Shown: positions 1-11,042, counted from the stretch's first letter. The stretch is 64,000 nt of DNA from Bacillota bacterium (GCA_023511455.1 JAIMBJ010000001.1:1146-65145); one strand, 5' to 3'. Made by a program: numbers and translations. The notes: generated from the sequence alone by a model not told the origin.

Positions 1-3000
1 AATCGCTCTGGATCGTGTCCATCCCTTCCATTGCCCGGGCAATCCGGTTGTGGCGACGGATTAGGGGTGGGGTTGCCGGGCGGAGGCGGAACAGGTAAGG
101 GATGCGGCTCAGGAACTGGTCCTGGCTTAATGACCATCCCTGCACATCCAATACACGCTCCACCACACAATACTTTAGTCCATAGCGGCAGATTTTCCCA
201 TATCCCACTGACGCAATTACTCCAGCAGGAGGCATCGAATCCGCAGTCCCAACAACTGGCTACGAACCCCGCGAGGCACACTGCGCACGCTGCGCAGATG
301 GCAGGAACCCATGCAAAGGTACCTCTGCTGTCTCGCAGCATGACGGGGCGATTGCGTGTGTAGGCGTAGAGATTGACCCCTCCCTCAAACCCAATCGGGT
401 CTCGGGTCAAAAACCTTCCTGTCGCGGGGTCTAAGTAACGGTGCGTCAGTAACAGCACTCCCGTCTCCCCGTCGGTGTAGTAGCCCCACTGCGCCTTGTA
501 GCCGTATGGTGTCGGGTTATTACCAGACATGCGCTGACCCCACGCATCGTAGGCAAGGTGCGCTAGCACCAAACCGTCAGCGTCCATCAGGTGCACTGCG
601 TTGCCCTGCGGGTCAAACTGGTAGCCGGTGGTGCCATATACCAGCAAACCGTTTGCCCCGAAGACCACTCCTGCCACCGCGTTGCCCGCCGCGTCTAACT
701 CACATACTAACTCTTCGCCGTCGTACAGATAATACCTCCTGCCCGATGCCGTCTGTTTCCACGCCCGCAAGCCGTCCCCGTTGTAGCCGGCAGTGAGGAT
801 GTTCCCATAAGCGGTCATCCGGTTCTCGGGGTCAAACGACAGGTTCACGCCTTTATACAGCACCGGGTTGCCGTTGCCGTCATAGCCAAAGCCCGCGCCG
901 ATGAGCTGGTTGTTCACATTGTAGGTGCGAGACTGTCCCTTGAACTGCGTCGGGTTCTGCGCCGGGTCGTAGGCGAAGTGGAAGGTATAGCCTCCCACTC
1001 GCGTGGACTGCTCCTGTAGCAACTGGTTCTTCGTATCGTAACTGAAGTTCGTGACGCCACCCAAACTGGGCGTGGCGGGGAACGACACCGTCATCTGCGT
1101 GCGGTTGCCCACCCCGTCGTAACGCAGGTTCTGGAAGTCCGAGAGCACATTACCCCCGACGTCGCGGTTGGTCAAACGGGTCAAAAAGCCGCGTGCGTTA
1201 TACTCGTATGTCGTACTTGCCCCGTTTAGCGTCTGCGTCAACAGCCAGCCGTTGGGCGCATAGGTCCAGCTCGCGCTCCAGCCCAGCGCATTCAGCCCTA
1301 CCAGCCTGCCTGCCCCGTCATACGTATAGCTATAGGTGCCTGCTGGGGTGCTCATGGTTGCGCGGCTGCCGTCCGCATGGTAACTGTAGGTGATGACCCG
1401 CGTCGGCAAGCCCGCATAGGTCACGCTCACGCTCAACGGGTTGCCCACATGGTCGTAACTGTAGGTGGTCACCCCTACGGCGTCCGTCATGCTCGCCCGG
1501 CGACCCTCCGAATCGTACGTGAAACTCACGTTCAGCGCAGGGTAAGCCGGATATTCGATACCTGTCAACAACCCTTCGGGGTCGTTATACACATAGTTGG
1601 TCACGATACCCCGCCCGTCCCTCCGTTGCACCACGCGCCCCGCGGCGTCATACGCGAACTGCACGCTATCCCCGCCCGGATAGGTGATTTGCACCAAATC
1701 GCCGCGCTGGTTGTAACTGAACGAGGTGGCGTTGCCCTTGCCGTCGCGCACCTGAACCACCCGATAGGTTGCATCATAGACGTAACTGACGACCTCCGTG
1801 CTGCCCGTGCGCTGCACCAAATGTCCTTCTGCCCCGTAAGTGTAACTCACCTGCCGGATTTGCGTGCCGCTCTCGTCATACTCCAGCACCTGACGCAGCG
1901 GTCCGCCCGGATACAGATACACGTTTTGCGTGCGCGCCCGCCCGCTCCCTTGCTGACCGGTCGCCGGGTATTGCACTAACACCAGTTGGTCTGCAATGTT
2001 ATAACTGAAATCGGTCGTGTTGCCGTTGGCGTCCGTGACCTGGACCCGGTTGCCCCGCGCGTCGTACCGGTAGCGAGTGACATTGCCCAGACTGTCCGTC
2101 ACCGTGAGGGGCTGCCCCACTTTGGCCGGCTGCGTGTAACTGCCGTCCTGCGTGTAGTTGTAGGTGGTTACCATCACCGGCGTCGCGTTGTTACCCGGCG
2201 CAGTCACCGTCAACACATTGCCCAGCGCATCATAAGTGTAGCTGGTAGTCACCGTCTCCCCGTTCACCGACCCCGGCTTGGGCGAGGTCACGCTCTGGAC
2301 TAAACCCGACGGCTCGTAGTAGGTATACGTGGTGGGTGGCATATTGCCCTCCTGCACCCGTACCAGCCTTCCCAGTGGAAAGGCAGTGTAGTCGTACGTG
2401 TAGGTAGTCGTGATGCCGCGCGGGTTAGTCACTGTCAGCACATTGCCGTATGCATCGTAGGTGTAGGTGGTCTGCTTACCGTCCCGTTCCACGATGCGCG
2501 TAGGGCGTCCTGGATTGGCAGGGTCGTTGTATTCTATGGTGACGTGATTGCCCCCTGCGTCTATAGTGCCCGTGTTGCGCCGGGACGCGCTATATTTCTG
2601 GGTCCACTTGTAAACCTCGTTACCCAACGAGTTTTTCACCACCACTGTCGTCTGCTGCGCCGCAAGGTCGTATTGATACTCCGTACGATTGCCGTTGGCA
2701 TCTACTCGCGCCACCACCCGTCCGTTACGGTATTGTAAGGTGGAAGTGGCTATTCCAATACCGGTAGGGCTCGGCACGGTGATGCTGGAAAGTAAAGGCT
2801 TATCCGTGGCATACGCCACATACCCATACGAATAGCGATTCGGCGGGTTGGGAGTGCCTGCCGCCACCACCTGCGACACCCAGGTCAAGCAGAGCACCGA
2901 CAGGTTGGCGGGCATAGAATACCCATACGAGACCTGACGCCCATACGCGTCGGTAACGTTAGCCAGAAGGTTTTGTGCGTTATATGTCAGGCTCAACAAC

Positions 3001-3779
3001 ACCATGCCGCTGCCCGCCTCCGTCACTTGCAATAGCCGACGCTGGGCATCCCACGTGAAAGTAATCGACCGCCCGACGCGGTTGGTAATTGCACTCAACA
3101 CATACACATAGCCGTCAACAGGCACAAACGTCCACTGCGTCTGGTCGCGCCAGGTAATGGTGACCGATTGCCACACATACGGCGTTGCCGAAGGAACTCC
3201 ACGCACAAAGTAAGGGCTGCCGCTCGGAGGGGTCAACATCCCTGTCGGTTGCCCCTGCGCGTTCAACTCCGCCTGAAGCGGCTCTGCCGCGCCGTAAGGA
3301 TAGACGAGCGTCAGGTTCCATGTATTCGGGTTGTTTCCTGCCCGCTGTAATGTGATGTCATAGGTATGCACCCATCCTCTAGGTAGCCCGGGCGACGATT
3401 GCCCAAGAATCGCCAATGAACTGTAGTAGTGCCGTCGCCACACGACCCGCGGACCATACGGGTTGTAGACCACCAAATCGTCAGCTGGACGATACGCCTC
3501 GACGCCGGCTGCCAGGTTGACCGGGTCGCCTGCGCTGGGCGCATACAGCGGATAGACACCCTCCGGTCCGCACGACCCACCACCGCCCGGCGGCTCCCCT
3601 CCATCTCCGGGGTCAGGAACCGGACACCCCGGCGGGTCAAAGGGACAGGTGCCTTCCCATGGCGGCGGAGGCGGTTCTAATCCCGGAGGTGGGTCTCCTT
3701 CCTTATTCGGTCTCTCATCCGCTAAGGCAATCGCTGTGAAAAGAAGTAGTGCGAAGCAGCCATAGATGAACCGACGCAT
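1..3779 (-). CDS. RHS/YD-repeat polymorphic toxin (N-terminal signal peptide, RHS core, start of C-terminal variable domain); 3' end lies beyond coordinate 1
   Basis: Manual reverse-complement translation. ATG at 3777-3779 gives MRRFIYGCFALLLFTAIALADERPNKEGDPPPG..., a signal peptide. One minus frame stays open to coordinate 1, so the ORF has no stop in the window and is missing from the ORF track. Repeated YDxxGN units occur, e.g. LRYDGVGNRTQMTVS from the rc of ~1085-1130. The RHS core terminal motif PYGYKAQWGYYTDGETGVLLLTHRYLDPATGRFLTRDPIGFEGGVNLYAY sits at the rc of ~360-510. It is followed by a Cys/Pro-rich tail (AICAACAVCLAGFVASCWDCGFDASCWSNC...PVPEPHPLPVPPPPGNPTPNPSPQPDCPGNG). Confidence 0.7.
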   Translation of the reverse strand, partial: MRRFIYGCFALLLFTAIALADERPNKEGDPPPGLEPPPPPWEGTCPFDPPGCPVPDPGDGGEPPGGGGSCGPEGVYPLYAPSAGDPVNLAAGVEAYRPADDLVVYNPYGPRVVWRRHYYSSLAILGQSSPGLPRGWVHTYDITLQRAGNNPNTWNLTLVYPYGAAEPLQAELNAQGQPTGMLTPPSGSPYFVRGVPSATPYVWQSVTITWRDQTQWTFVPVDGYVYVLSAITNRVGRSITFTWDAQRRLLQVTEAGSGMVLLSLTYNAQNLLANVTDAYGRQVSYGYSMPANLSVLCLTWVSQVVAAGTPNPPNRYSYGYVAYATDKPLLSSITVPSPTGIGIATSTLQYRNGRVVARVDANGNRTEYQYDLAAQQTTVVVKNSLGNEVYKWTQKYSASRRNTGTIDAGGNHVTIEYNDPANPGRPTRIVERDGKQTTYTYDAYGNVLTVTNPRGITTTYTYDYTAFPLGRLVRVQEGNMPPTTYTYYEPSGLVQSVTSPKPGSVNGETVTTSYTYDALGNVLTVTAPGNNATPVMVTTYNYTQDGSYTQPAKVGQPLTVTDSLGNVTRYRYDARGNRVQVTDANGNTTDFSYNIADQLVLVQYPATGQQGSGRARTQNVYLYPGGPLRQVLEYDESGTQIRQVSYTYGAEGHLVQRTGSTEVVSYVYDATYRVVQVRDGKGNATSFSYNQRGDLVQITYPGGDSVQFAYDAAGRVVQRRDGRGIVTNYVYNDPEGLLTGIEYPAYPALNVSFTYDSEGRRASMTDAVGVTTYSYDHVGNPLSVSVTYAGLPTRVITYSYHADGSRATMSTPAGTYSYTYDGAGRLVGLNALGWSASWTYAPNGWLLTQTLNGASTTYEYNARGFLTRLTNRDVGGNVLSDFQNLRYDGVGNRTQMTVSFPATPSLGGVTNFSYDTKNQLLQEQSTRVGGYTFHFAYDPAQNPTQFKGQSRTYNVNNQLIGAGFGYDGNGNPVLYKGVNLSFDPENRMTAYGNILTAGYNGDGLRAWKQTASGRRYYLYDGEELVCELDAAGNAVAGVVFGANGLLVYGTTGYQFDPQGNAVHLMDADGLVLAHLAYDAWGQRMSGNNPTPYGYKAQWGYYTDGETGVLLLTHRYLDPATGRFLTRDPIGFEGGVNLYAYTRNRPVMLRDSRGTFAWVPAICAACAVCLAGFVASCWDCGFDASCWSNCVSGIWENLPLWTKVLCGGACIGCAGMVIKPGPVPEPHPLPVPPPPGNPTPNPSPQPDCPGNGRDGHDPER

Positions 3780-3793
3780 TTCGCTCGTCCTCC

Positions 3794-4870
3794 TTACTTC
3801 TCAGGTAATGGAACTTGCGAAGAGGAGGCTGCTGTCATGGGCGCAAGCTCCAGCTGCTGTGCCAAACGCTTTGCCTCCGCCATCTTTCGCTCTTGTTCCT
3901 GACGGCGTGCCAGCACCTGACGCATTCCCTCCAGAGACCTTCGTGCCTGAGCCAGAAGCAACGAGTTGCGCTTCCCCGCCAGACGCTCGGGACGGTTCAC
4001 CCCTTGCTCCAGGGCCGCGACAGAGCGGTCTGGGTAGCCCAGATGTGCCCAAATCGCCCCCTGCCACAGCCACGCCCGCTCCGGCAACGCATTGCCCAAA
4101 GCCAGCGCGCGAAGCACCATCCCCTCGCCCGACTCGCCAAACTGTTTCACCACCTCGAAGGCCTCCAGCGCTTCACCATACCGCCGTTGCCGGTACAGGC
4201 TGACGCCCAACCCATACCAAGCCTGCGCCAGTACGACAGGCGAAACGCCTTCCTTCATAGATACGATGGTGCGGTAATGCTTCTCCGCACCAAACGGGTC
4301 ACCCTGGTACGAACACGCTTCCCCTACTCCCAGCAACGCGTAGGCCGCTGCGGTGCGCCCCACCTCGTCCGTGCGCGCGGAAAGGTTCCGGGCAATCTGC
4401 AGCAGCCGCGTCTTTGCCGACTCCAGCAGCTTGTACCGTTCCTCACCTGACACAGGCGGCTGTGCCCAAAAACGGGAGAGATACACAAAGCCTGTCTGCA
4501 GTAACGCCTCCGCTGCGATGTCGGGCTTAGCCAGAGGATCATCCGCCACCTGTTGGAACAGCCTCTGCGCCTCGTCGAACTGCCTGTCGTTGAGGCGATA
4601 GTAGGCGACCATCCAGCGCGCCTCCACTCCTACTGTTGTGCGTGGGTAGTCCTGCATCAACTTCTCAAACAGCGGACGTGCCTCTTCCCGTTTACCCTGG
4701 CTTTTAATGGCATACGCTTGTCGGAGCAGGCTGTCGGGGTCGGTAGAGGTATCTTGCTGAAGGTTCAGGCTAACGAAGGCATACGGCAAAACGAAGGGAT
4801 CTGTACCCCCCGTTGGCTGGAGAGTAGAAATACACATCAACACCAGTGCTATGGTGATGTTTACTTTCAT
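3794..4870 (-). CDS. TPR-repeat protein with N-terminal signal peptide
   Basis: ORF track 358 aa, N-terminus MKVNITIALVLMCISTLQPTGG. Repeated A/Y/L-rich helical TPR-like units throughout. It ends 14 nt upstream of the RHS start. Confidence 0.6.
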   Translation of the reverse strand: MKVNITIALVLMCISTLQPTGGTDPFVLPYAFVSLNLQQDTSTDPDSLLRQAYAIKSQGKREEARPLFEKLMQDYPRTTVGVEARWMVAYYRLNDRQFDEAQRLFQQVADDPLAKPDIAAEALLQTGFVYLSRFWAQPPVSGEERYKLLESAKTRLLQIARNLSARTDEVGRTAAAYALLGVGEACSYQGDPFGAEKHYRTIVSMKEGVSPVVLAQAWYGLGVSLYRQRRYGEALEAFEVVKQFGESGEGMVLRALALGNALPERAWLWQGAIWAHLGYPDRSVAALEQGVNRPERLAGKRNSLLLAQARRSLEGMRQVLARRQEQERKMAEAKRLAQQLELAPMTAASSSQVPLPEK

Positions 4871-4982
4871 GCTCGCTCTCCCTCTAAGCAGTTTGTTCTA
4901 TTATAACATAAGACTTGTGACATTGCAAGCCTTTTTGCGGGGGTGGGGCAAAAAAATCGTGCAGGGTTCGTCCGCGCGACAC

Positions 4983-6350
4983 CTACCCCTCCACCACCCC
5001 CACGGCATCGCGGACGGTGTATGTGCCGTCCAGAGTAATTTCCACCCCCCGTGCCCGTAGCAGTTTGGCGTCGCGCCGCGCCAGCAGTACCCGCGAGAAG
5101 CCCAGACGCGCCGCCTCGCGCACGCGCTGCTCCGTGTGAACCACGGAGCGCACCTCGCCCGCCAGCCCTATCTCGCCAAACACCACCATATCGGGGGGAA
5201 GGGGCTTGTCCTTCAGGCTGCTCACCACTGCCAGCGCGACGGCTAAGTCGGCAGCGGGTTCGCGCACAGTGATGCCGCCCGCCGCGTTGACGAACACGTC
5301 CTTGTCACTCAGGCGCATGCCTGCTCGCTTCTCCAGCACCGCCAGCACCATGTTCACGCGGTTATAGTCCAGACCCGTTACCTGTCGGCGCGGCTGGCTG
5401 AGGTACGAGTGGGTCACCAGCGCCTGAATCTCCACCAGCAGGGGGCGCGTGCCCTCCATGATGGCGGTCACCACCGAGCCTGGGCTGTGCGTCGGCCGCT
5501 CCGACAACAGCCATTCGGAGGGGTTCTGCACCGCCACCAGCCCCTGCTCGCGCATCTCGAACAGCGCGACCTCGTCGGTGCTGCCAAAGCGGTTCTTGGT
5601 GGCGCGCAGGATACGGTAGTTCAGATGGGGGTCGCCCTCGAAGGTCAGTACGGTGTCCACCAGATGCTCCAGTGCCTTCGGTCCCGCCAGCGCGCCCTCT
5701 TTGGTGACATGCCCCACGAGGAACACCGCAACGCCCTGCTCCTTCGCCACCCGCTGCAACGCCACCCCACACGCCCGCACCTGTGCCACCGTGCCCGGCG
5801 CACTCTCCAGCTGGTTCGTTTGGGTGGTCTGCACCGAGTCCACCACGACCAGCGCGGGCTGCAGGTGGTCGATCTGCGCCAGTATCGCCTCTAGGCTGGT
5901 TTCCGACAGCACGAACAGGTTGACGCCCGTCACGCTCAGCCGTTTCGCCCGCAGTTTAATCTGGTGCGCGCTCTCCTCGCCCGACACATACAGCACCACA
6001 CGCTCGTGGCTGAGGAGGTCTGCCACCTGCGTGAGAAGGGTGGACTTGCCCACACCTGGGTCGCCGCCCAGCAGCACAAGAGAACCGGGCACAATCCCTC
6101 CGCCCAGCACTCGATCCAGCTCCGTGATGCCTGTCGACAGGCGGGGCACATCTTCTGCTGATACCTCCGCGAGCCGAACGGGTTGCGCCGCGCCCAGTGG
6201 CGCCTTGCGCTCGGCACTTCGCTTGGGAAGGGGAGTCACGACCTCTTCCACCAGACTGTCCCACGCGCCACACTCTGGGCAGCGACCCATCCATTTGGGC
6301 GACTCATATCCGCACTGCTGGCAGACGAAGCGGGAGGACGATTTAGGCAT
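4983..6350 (-). CDS. radA: DNA repair protein RadA (Sms)
   Basis: N-terminal C4 zinc finger CQQCGYESPKWMGRCPECGAW, Walker A GDPGVGKST, KNRFG motif, Lon-protease-like C-terminal domain. Confidence 0.9.
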   Translation of the reverse strand: MPKSSSRFVCQQCGYESPKWMGRCPECGAWDSLVEEVVTPLPKRSAERKAPLGAAQPVRLAEVSAEDVPRLSTGITELDRVLGGGIVPGSLVLLGGDPGVGKSTLLTQVADLLSHERVVLYVSGEESAHQIKLRAKRLSVTGVNLFVLSETSLEAILAQIDHLQPALVVVDSVQTTQTNQLESAPGTVAQVRACGVALQRVAKEQGVAVFLVGHVTKEGALAGPKALEHLVDTVLTFEGDPHLNYRILRATKNRFGSTDEVALFEMREQGLVAVQNPSEWLLSERPTHSPGSVVTAIMEGTRPLLVEIQALVTHSYLSQPRRQVTGLDYNRVNMVLAVLEKRAGMRLSDKDVFVNAAGGITVREPAADLAVALAVVSSLKDKPLPPDMVVFGEIGLAGEVRSVVHTEQRVREAARLGFSRVLLARRDAKLLRARGVEITLDGTYTVRDAVGVVEG

Positions 6351-7563
6351 GGCTGGTTTCCTTTACCGCGTTTTCAATCGCCGTCTTCAGTCGGTGTAAC
6401 CCCTCGTCTGCCTCCTCGCGCGACAAGTTCAGCGGGGGCAACAGGCGGATGGTGTTCTCACCGGTGGCGTTCACCACCACGCCCTCTTGTAGCGCCTTGC
6501 CCACCACCGCTCTGGCGACAGGCACGTCGAGGTCAAAGCCAATCATCATGCCTGCACCGCGTATTTCGGTAACTGGCAGAGTCTCGCGCCATGAGGCAAT
6601 CTGTTGGCGGAGATAGTCGCCCATCGTGCTTGCGTTGTGCAGCATACCCTCCGCCTCAATGGCTTCGATGGTCGCGAGAGCGGCGGCAGCGACCACCGGA
6701 CCGCCCGCGAAGGTGGAGCCGTGGTCGCCTTTCTCCAGCACGTCTGCCGCCTCGCCCCGCGCCATGCACGCCCCGATAGGCAACCCGCCGCCCAGCGCCT
6801 TGGCGGAAGTCAGGACGTCGGGCGCGATACCCAGTTGTTGCCACAGAAACCACGCGCCCGTGCGCCCCATACCGGTCTGCACCTCGTCGAAGATGAGCAA
6901 CGCACCCACCTCGTTGCAGCGTTCGCGCGCCGCGTGGAGGAACTCAACGCTTAGCGGATGCACACCGCTTTCGCCCTGAATTGGCTCCAGAATAACGGCG
7001 CAGGTGCTGGGAGTAATGGCTTCGCGCAGGGCAGGCACATCGTTGCGCGGCACCACGCGCACACCGGGCACCAGCGGCTCATAGGGCTTCTGATACTTTG
7101 CCTGTGCCGTCACCGACAGCGTGCCAAAAAGCCGTCCGTGGAACGCTCCCTCCACTGCCACAATCTCGATGGCAGGCGGTTCCTTGCGCTTGCCCCACTT
7201 GCGCGCGATTTTGAGTGCGCACTCGTTCGCCTCCGCGCCGCTGTTGCAGAAGAACACTTTGTCCATACCCGCCACGGCGGTTAACTTCTGCGCCAAACGG
7301 AACTGCGGCTCGGTGTAGAACAGGTTGCTGACGTGAATCAGTCGCGTTATCTGCTGCTGCACCGCCTGCACCACGCGCGGATGGCAGTGCCCCACCGCGT
7401 CAACGGCGATACCTCCCAAAAAGTCGATGTAATCCCTGCCGCTCGCATCCCACAGTCGCGCCCCGCAGCCCTTCACGAACAGCACCGGCTGCCGCGCGTA
7501 GGTGGACATGATGCATTGCGCATCAATAGTCTGTAACTCTTGTAGAAGACTCTCTCCCTCCAT
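6343..7563 (-). CDS. argD: class-III PLP aminotransferase, acetylornithine/ornithine aminotransferase-like
   Basis: 406 aa with typical ArgD/GabT family sequence (…DEVQTGMGRTGAWF…). Overlaps radA by 8 nt. Confidence 0.75.
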   Translation of the reverse strand: MEGESLLQELQTIDAQCIMSTYARQPVLFVKGCGARLWDASGRDYIDFLGGIAVDAVGHCHPRVVQAVQQQITRLIHVSNLFYTEPQFRLAQKLTAVAGMDKVFFCNSGAEANECALKIARKWGKRKEPPAIEIVAVEGAFHGRLFGTLSVTAQAKYQKPYEPLVPGVRVVPRNDVPALREAITPSTCAVILEPIQGESGVHPLSVEFLHAARERCNEVGALLIFDEVQTGMGRTGAWFLWQQLGIAPDVLTSAKALGGGLPIGACMARGEAADVLEKGDHGSTFAGGPVVAAAALATIEAIEAEGMLHNASTMGDYLRQQIASWRETLPVTEIRGAGMMIGFDLDVPVARAVVGKALQEGVVVNATGENTIRLLPPLNLSREEADEGLHRLKTAIENAVKETSHA

Positions 7564-7665
7564 CGTTCCCCTTCTCCTTAGATAACATAATGGTATCGCA
7601 TTTGGTAGAGGTTGGGCAAGGTGGGGTCAGGGCAGCTGGGCTGGACGGGCTCGGTCACGTGACAC

Positions 7666-8319
7666 GTGCATAGGAAGCCCTTGACGACGGGGAATGAAGT
7701 ACTGGATAATGCTGATTGGGGAGTGATACCTATGGTTCAAACGTTGGAGCAACCGAAAACCGTTCCCATCCCGCGCCGTCGGTTCACGCGCGAGGAGTAC
7801 TACCGCCTGGCAGAGATAGGATTCTTTCAGGGGGAACGGGTCGAGCTCATTGAGGGAGAGATTGTGAAGATGTCACCCATCAGTCCGTTGCATGGGGAGG
7901 TCGTGACTCTGCTGGCGGAGCGACTTTGGCAACTGTTTGGGGAGGGCTACCGCGTGCGGGTGCAACTGCCGCTCTCTTTGGGCGATAGCGAACCCGAACC
8001 AGACATCGCCGTCGTGCCGGGCAAGGTAGGCGACTACGTTCACGCGCACCCGACGACCGCCCTGCTGGTAGTGGAGGTGGCGCAGACGTCACTGGAGTAT
8101 GACCGCGAGGTAAAAGCCCCCCTGTACGCGCGGGCAGGCATCCCCGAATACTGGATTGTGAATCTGGATGGACACTGCATCGAAGTCTACCGTGACCCCG
8201 CGCCGATGGGCGAGGGCTATGGCTACCGTTCGCGACGGATTTACATGATGGGCGAGCCGATAGCCCCTTTGCAGAAGCCGGAAAGCGCGGTAAAGGTAGA
8301 TGAACTACTCCTCCCCTGA
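7666..8319 (+). CDS. Uma2-family (DUF820) putative restriction-endonuclease-like protein
   Basis: 217 aa. Conserved Uma2 pattern FTREEYYRLAEIGFF...PDIAVVPG...LVVEV; real start may be the internal Met (MVQTLEQ). Confidence 0.7.
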   Translation: MHRKPLTTGNEVLDNADWGVIPMVQTLEQPKTVPIPRRRFTREEYYRLAEIGFFQGERVELIEGEIVKMSPISPLHGEVVTLLAERLWQLFGEGYRVRVQLPLSLGDSEPEPDIAVVPGKVGDYVHAHPTTALLVVEVAQTSLEYDREVKAPLYARAGIPEYWIVNLDGHCIEVYRDPAPMGEGYGYRSRRIYMMGEPIAPLQKPESAVKVDELLLP

Positions 8320-8394
8320 ACTCACCTTGAAGCTCCTGTCCCAGAATGTTATAATGCCCTCAGAAAGCCTGTGCATTCAACGAGGAAGGTTTGC

Positions 8395-10656
8395 ATGATA
8401 GACCCGAAAGTGTACCGCGACATGGGCTTGAGCGACCAGGAGTACCAGCGCATTGTGGAACTGCTGGGACGGGAGCCCACCTACACCGAGCTGGGCATGT
8501 TCGCCGTGATGTGGTCAGAGCATTGCGGCTATAAATATTCGCGCCCCATCCTGCGCCGATTCCGAGAGTACCGCCAGGCAATGGAGGGCGGCGCACTGGA
8601 GAACGCGGGCGTGGTGGACATCGGCGACGGCTGGGGCATCGTGATGAAGGTGGAGAGCCATAACCATCCGTCAGCGGTAGAACCCTTTCAGGGCGCAGCG
8701 ACGGGGGTAGGGGGCATCCTGCGCGATATTTTCACGATGGGCGCACGCCCGATTGCCCTGCTGGACAGCCTGCGCTTCGGCCCGCTGGACAACGCCCGCA
8801 ACAGGTACCTCTTCACCCACGTGGTGGGGGGCATCTCGTGGTATGGCAATTGCGTGGGCGTGCCGACCGTTGCTGGAGAGGTCTATTTCCACAGATGTTA
8901 TTCGGGCAACCCGCTGGTCAATGCAATGGCGGTGGGTCTTGTGCGCATCGACAAGATTGCACGGGCGCGCGCGGAAGGAGTGGGCAATCCAGTGCTTTAC
9001 GTCGGTTCCAGTACCGGACGCGACGGTATCCATGGCGCGACCTTTGCCAGTGAGGAGCTGACTGAGGACTCGGAGGCGAAACGCCCCAACGTGCAGATGG
9101 GCGACCCCTTCGCCGAGAAACTGCTCATCGAAGCCACGCTGGAAGCGCTGGCAACCGGCGACGTCGTGGGCATTCAGGACATGGGCGCAGCGGGATTGAC
9201 CTGCTCCACCAGCGAGACCGCCTTCAAGGGCGGTACGGGCATGGAGATCGACGTGCTGAAAGTGCCTCGCCGAGAGGAGGGGATGACTCCCTACGAGGTG
9301 ATGCTCTCCGAGTCGCAGGAGCGGATGCTGTGTATTGTCAAAAAGGGGCGTGAGGAGGCAGTTGCCAGCATCTTCCGCAAGTGGGGGTTAAACGCCGTTG
9401 TCATCGGGCAGGTGACAGACGATGGCATCCTGCGCGTGAAGGAAGGCGAGCAAATCGCCGCCGAGTTCCCTGCCGCCTTCCTGACCGACGCCTGCCCGAC
9501 CTACACGCTGAAGGCGGAAGAGCCAGCGTACATCGCCCGTGTGCGCGAGTTCAACCCCCTGCACCTGCCCGAACCCGAAGACTTGAACCGCGTGTTGCTG
9601 GGGCTGCTGGCATCGCCGTCTATCGCCAGCAAGCGATGGGTATACGAGCAATACGACCATATGGTGCAAACGCAAACCGCCTACCTGCCGGGCGGCGATG
9701 CGGCGGTGCTGCGCCTGCGCGGGACAGGAGGCAAGGGTATCGCCCTGAAAATCGACGGGAACGGACGTTACTGTTATCTGGACCCCTTCGTGGGCGGGAT
9801 GCACACCGTTGCCGAATGCGCGCGCAATATCTCCTGCACGGGTGCGAAACCGCTGGCGGTGACCGACTGCCTGAACTTCGCCAACCCCGAGCGTCCCGAA
9901 ATCTTCTGGCAGTTCGAGCGGGCAGTGGACGGCATCGCTACCGCCTGCGAGGTGCTGGAGACGCCCGTCATTTCCGGCAACGTCTCCTTCTACAACGAGA
10001 CGCCGGATGGCGCGGTGTTTCCTACCCCCACCATCGGCATGGTAGGTCTGCTGGAGGACGCGACGCTACACTGCAAGGCGAGTTTCCGACGGGCAGGCGA
10101 TCGGGTAGTTCTGCTCATCCCTGAAGGCTGGCGTGACCCGCTGCAGGGGCTGGGCGGCAGTGAGTATCTGGCGGTGGTGCATGACATCGAGGCGGGTGCG
10201 CCGCCTGCGCTGGACATTGATGCAGAGAAGCAACTGCAAGCCTGCGTGCGCGAGGCGATTGCGCAGCGGCTGCTGCACAGCGCGCATGACTGCTCTGACG
10301 GCGGTCTGGCGGTGGCGCTGGCGGAGTGCTGTCTGCCCGTGCTGGGCCAGGTGAACGGTGGAGAAGGGCTAGGGGCAGACATCGCCATAACTACCGAGGA
10401 TCGCACCGACGCCGCGCTGTTTGGCGAGACCGCTTCGCGCATCATCGTGTCGCTACCGCAAGCTAACCTGCCGCGCCTGCGGGAGATTGCCCAGACACAC
10501 GGCATCGAGGCGCGTGAATTGGGCACGGTAACTGCGGAGCATGTTCTTCGCATCGCAGTGAACGGACGAGAGCGTATCTGCATACCGATAGACGACCTTC
10601 TGGATGCCTACGAAGGAGCCATTCCGCGCCTGCTGCAGCTGGAGGGAGGCGCGTGA
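8395..10656 (+). CDS. purL: phosphoribosylformylglycinamidine synthase subunit PurL
   Basis: ORF 8371-10656; characteristic N-terminus [47 protein letters not shown] and two AIR-synthase-like domains. Start placed at the internal ATG. Confidence 0.9.
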   Translation: MIDPKVYRDMGLSDQEYQRIVELLGREPTYTELGMFAVMWSEHCGYKYSRPILRRFREYRQAMEGGALENAGVVDIGDGWGIVMKVESHNHPSAVEPFQGAATGVGGILRDIFTMGARPIALLDSLRFGPLDNARNRYLFTHVVGGISWYGNCVGVPTVAGEVYFHRCYSGNPLVNAMAVGLVRIDKIARARAEGVGNPVLYVGSSTGRDGIHGATFASEELTEDSEAKRPNVQMGDPFAEKLLIEATLEALATGDVVGIQDMGAAGLTCSTSETAFKGGTGMEIDVLKVPRREEGMTPYEVMLSESQERMLCIVKKGREEAVASIFRKWGLNAVVIGQVTDDGILRVKEGEQIAAEFPAAFLTDACPTYTLKAEEPAYIARVREFNPLHLPEPEDLNRVLLGLLASPSIASKRWVYEQYDHMVQTQTAYLPGGDAAVLRLRGTGGKGIALKIDGNGRYCYLDPFVGGMHTVAECARNISCTGAKPLAVTDCLNFANPERPEIFWQFERAVDGIATACEVLETPVISGNVSFYNETPDGAVFPTPTIGMVGLLEDATLHCKASFRRAGDRVVLLIPEGWRDPLQGLGGSEYLAVVHDIEAGAPPALDIDAEKQLQACVREAIAQRLLHSAHDCSDGGLAVALAECCLPVLGQVNGGEGLGADIAITTEDRTDAALFGETASRIIVSLPQANLPRLREIAQTHGIEARELGTVTAEHVLRIAVNGRERICIPIDDLLDAYEGAIPRLLQLEGGA

Positions 10657-11042
10657 TGCCGATAGACATCACGACCCTGCCTGAAACCGTGCAGCGCGTC
10701 CTTGCCGAGGTGCAGCAGCACCCGAAAGTGGTGGCTATCTTCCTGTTCGGCTCGTGGGCGCGTGGCGAGCAGATGCCCATCTCCGACGTCGACATCGCCG
10801 TGCTGCTCGATAACCCCGATAAGCGCGACGAAGCGGACATCGGCAGCATGTACTCTCCCACCGTTGACCTTGTGCTTTTCCATCGGTTGCCAGTGCGCAT
10901 TCAGTTTCAGGTTCTGAAAGAGGGGCAGCCGCTGTTCGTGCGGGATGAGGAGAAGCTCATCGAGACCACCTTTCAGTTGATGCGTCAGTATCACGAGATG
11001 GAGTGGATGTACCGCCGCTATTATGAGGAGATACTGCGATGA
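10653..11042 (+). CDS. minimal Pol-beta-type nucleotidyltransferase (MntA-like), solitary
   Basis: 129 aa with [18 protein letters not shown] (GS...DxD nucleotidyltransferase motif). ATGA start overlaps the purL stop. No DUF86/HepT partner ORF nearby. Confidence 0.75.
   Translation: MMPIDITTLPETVQRVLAEVQQHPKVVAIFLFGSWARGEQMPISDVDIAVLLDNPDKRDEADIGSMYSPTVDLVLFHRLPVRIQFQVLKEGQPLFVRDEEKLIETTFQLMRQYHEMEWMYRRYYEEILR

Noticed and set aside
1193-3680. Plus-strand ORFs 1193-1393, 1377-1979, 1986-2303, 3168-3350, 3429-3680 and minus ORFs 3115-3321, 3311-3640
   Set aside because: All lie inside the region covered by the continuous minus-strand RHS reading frame. Their translations are Arg/His/Val-rich nonsense.
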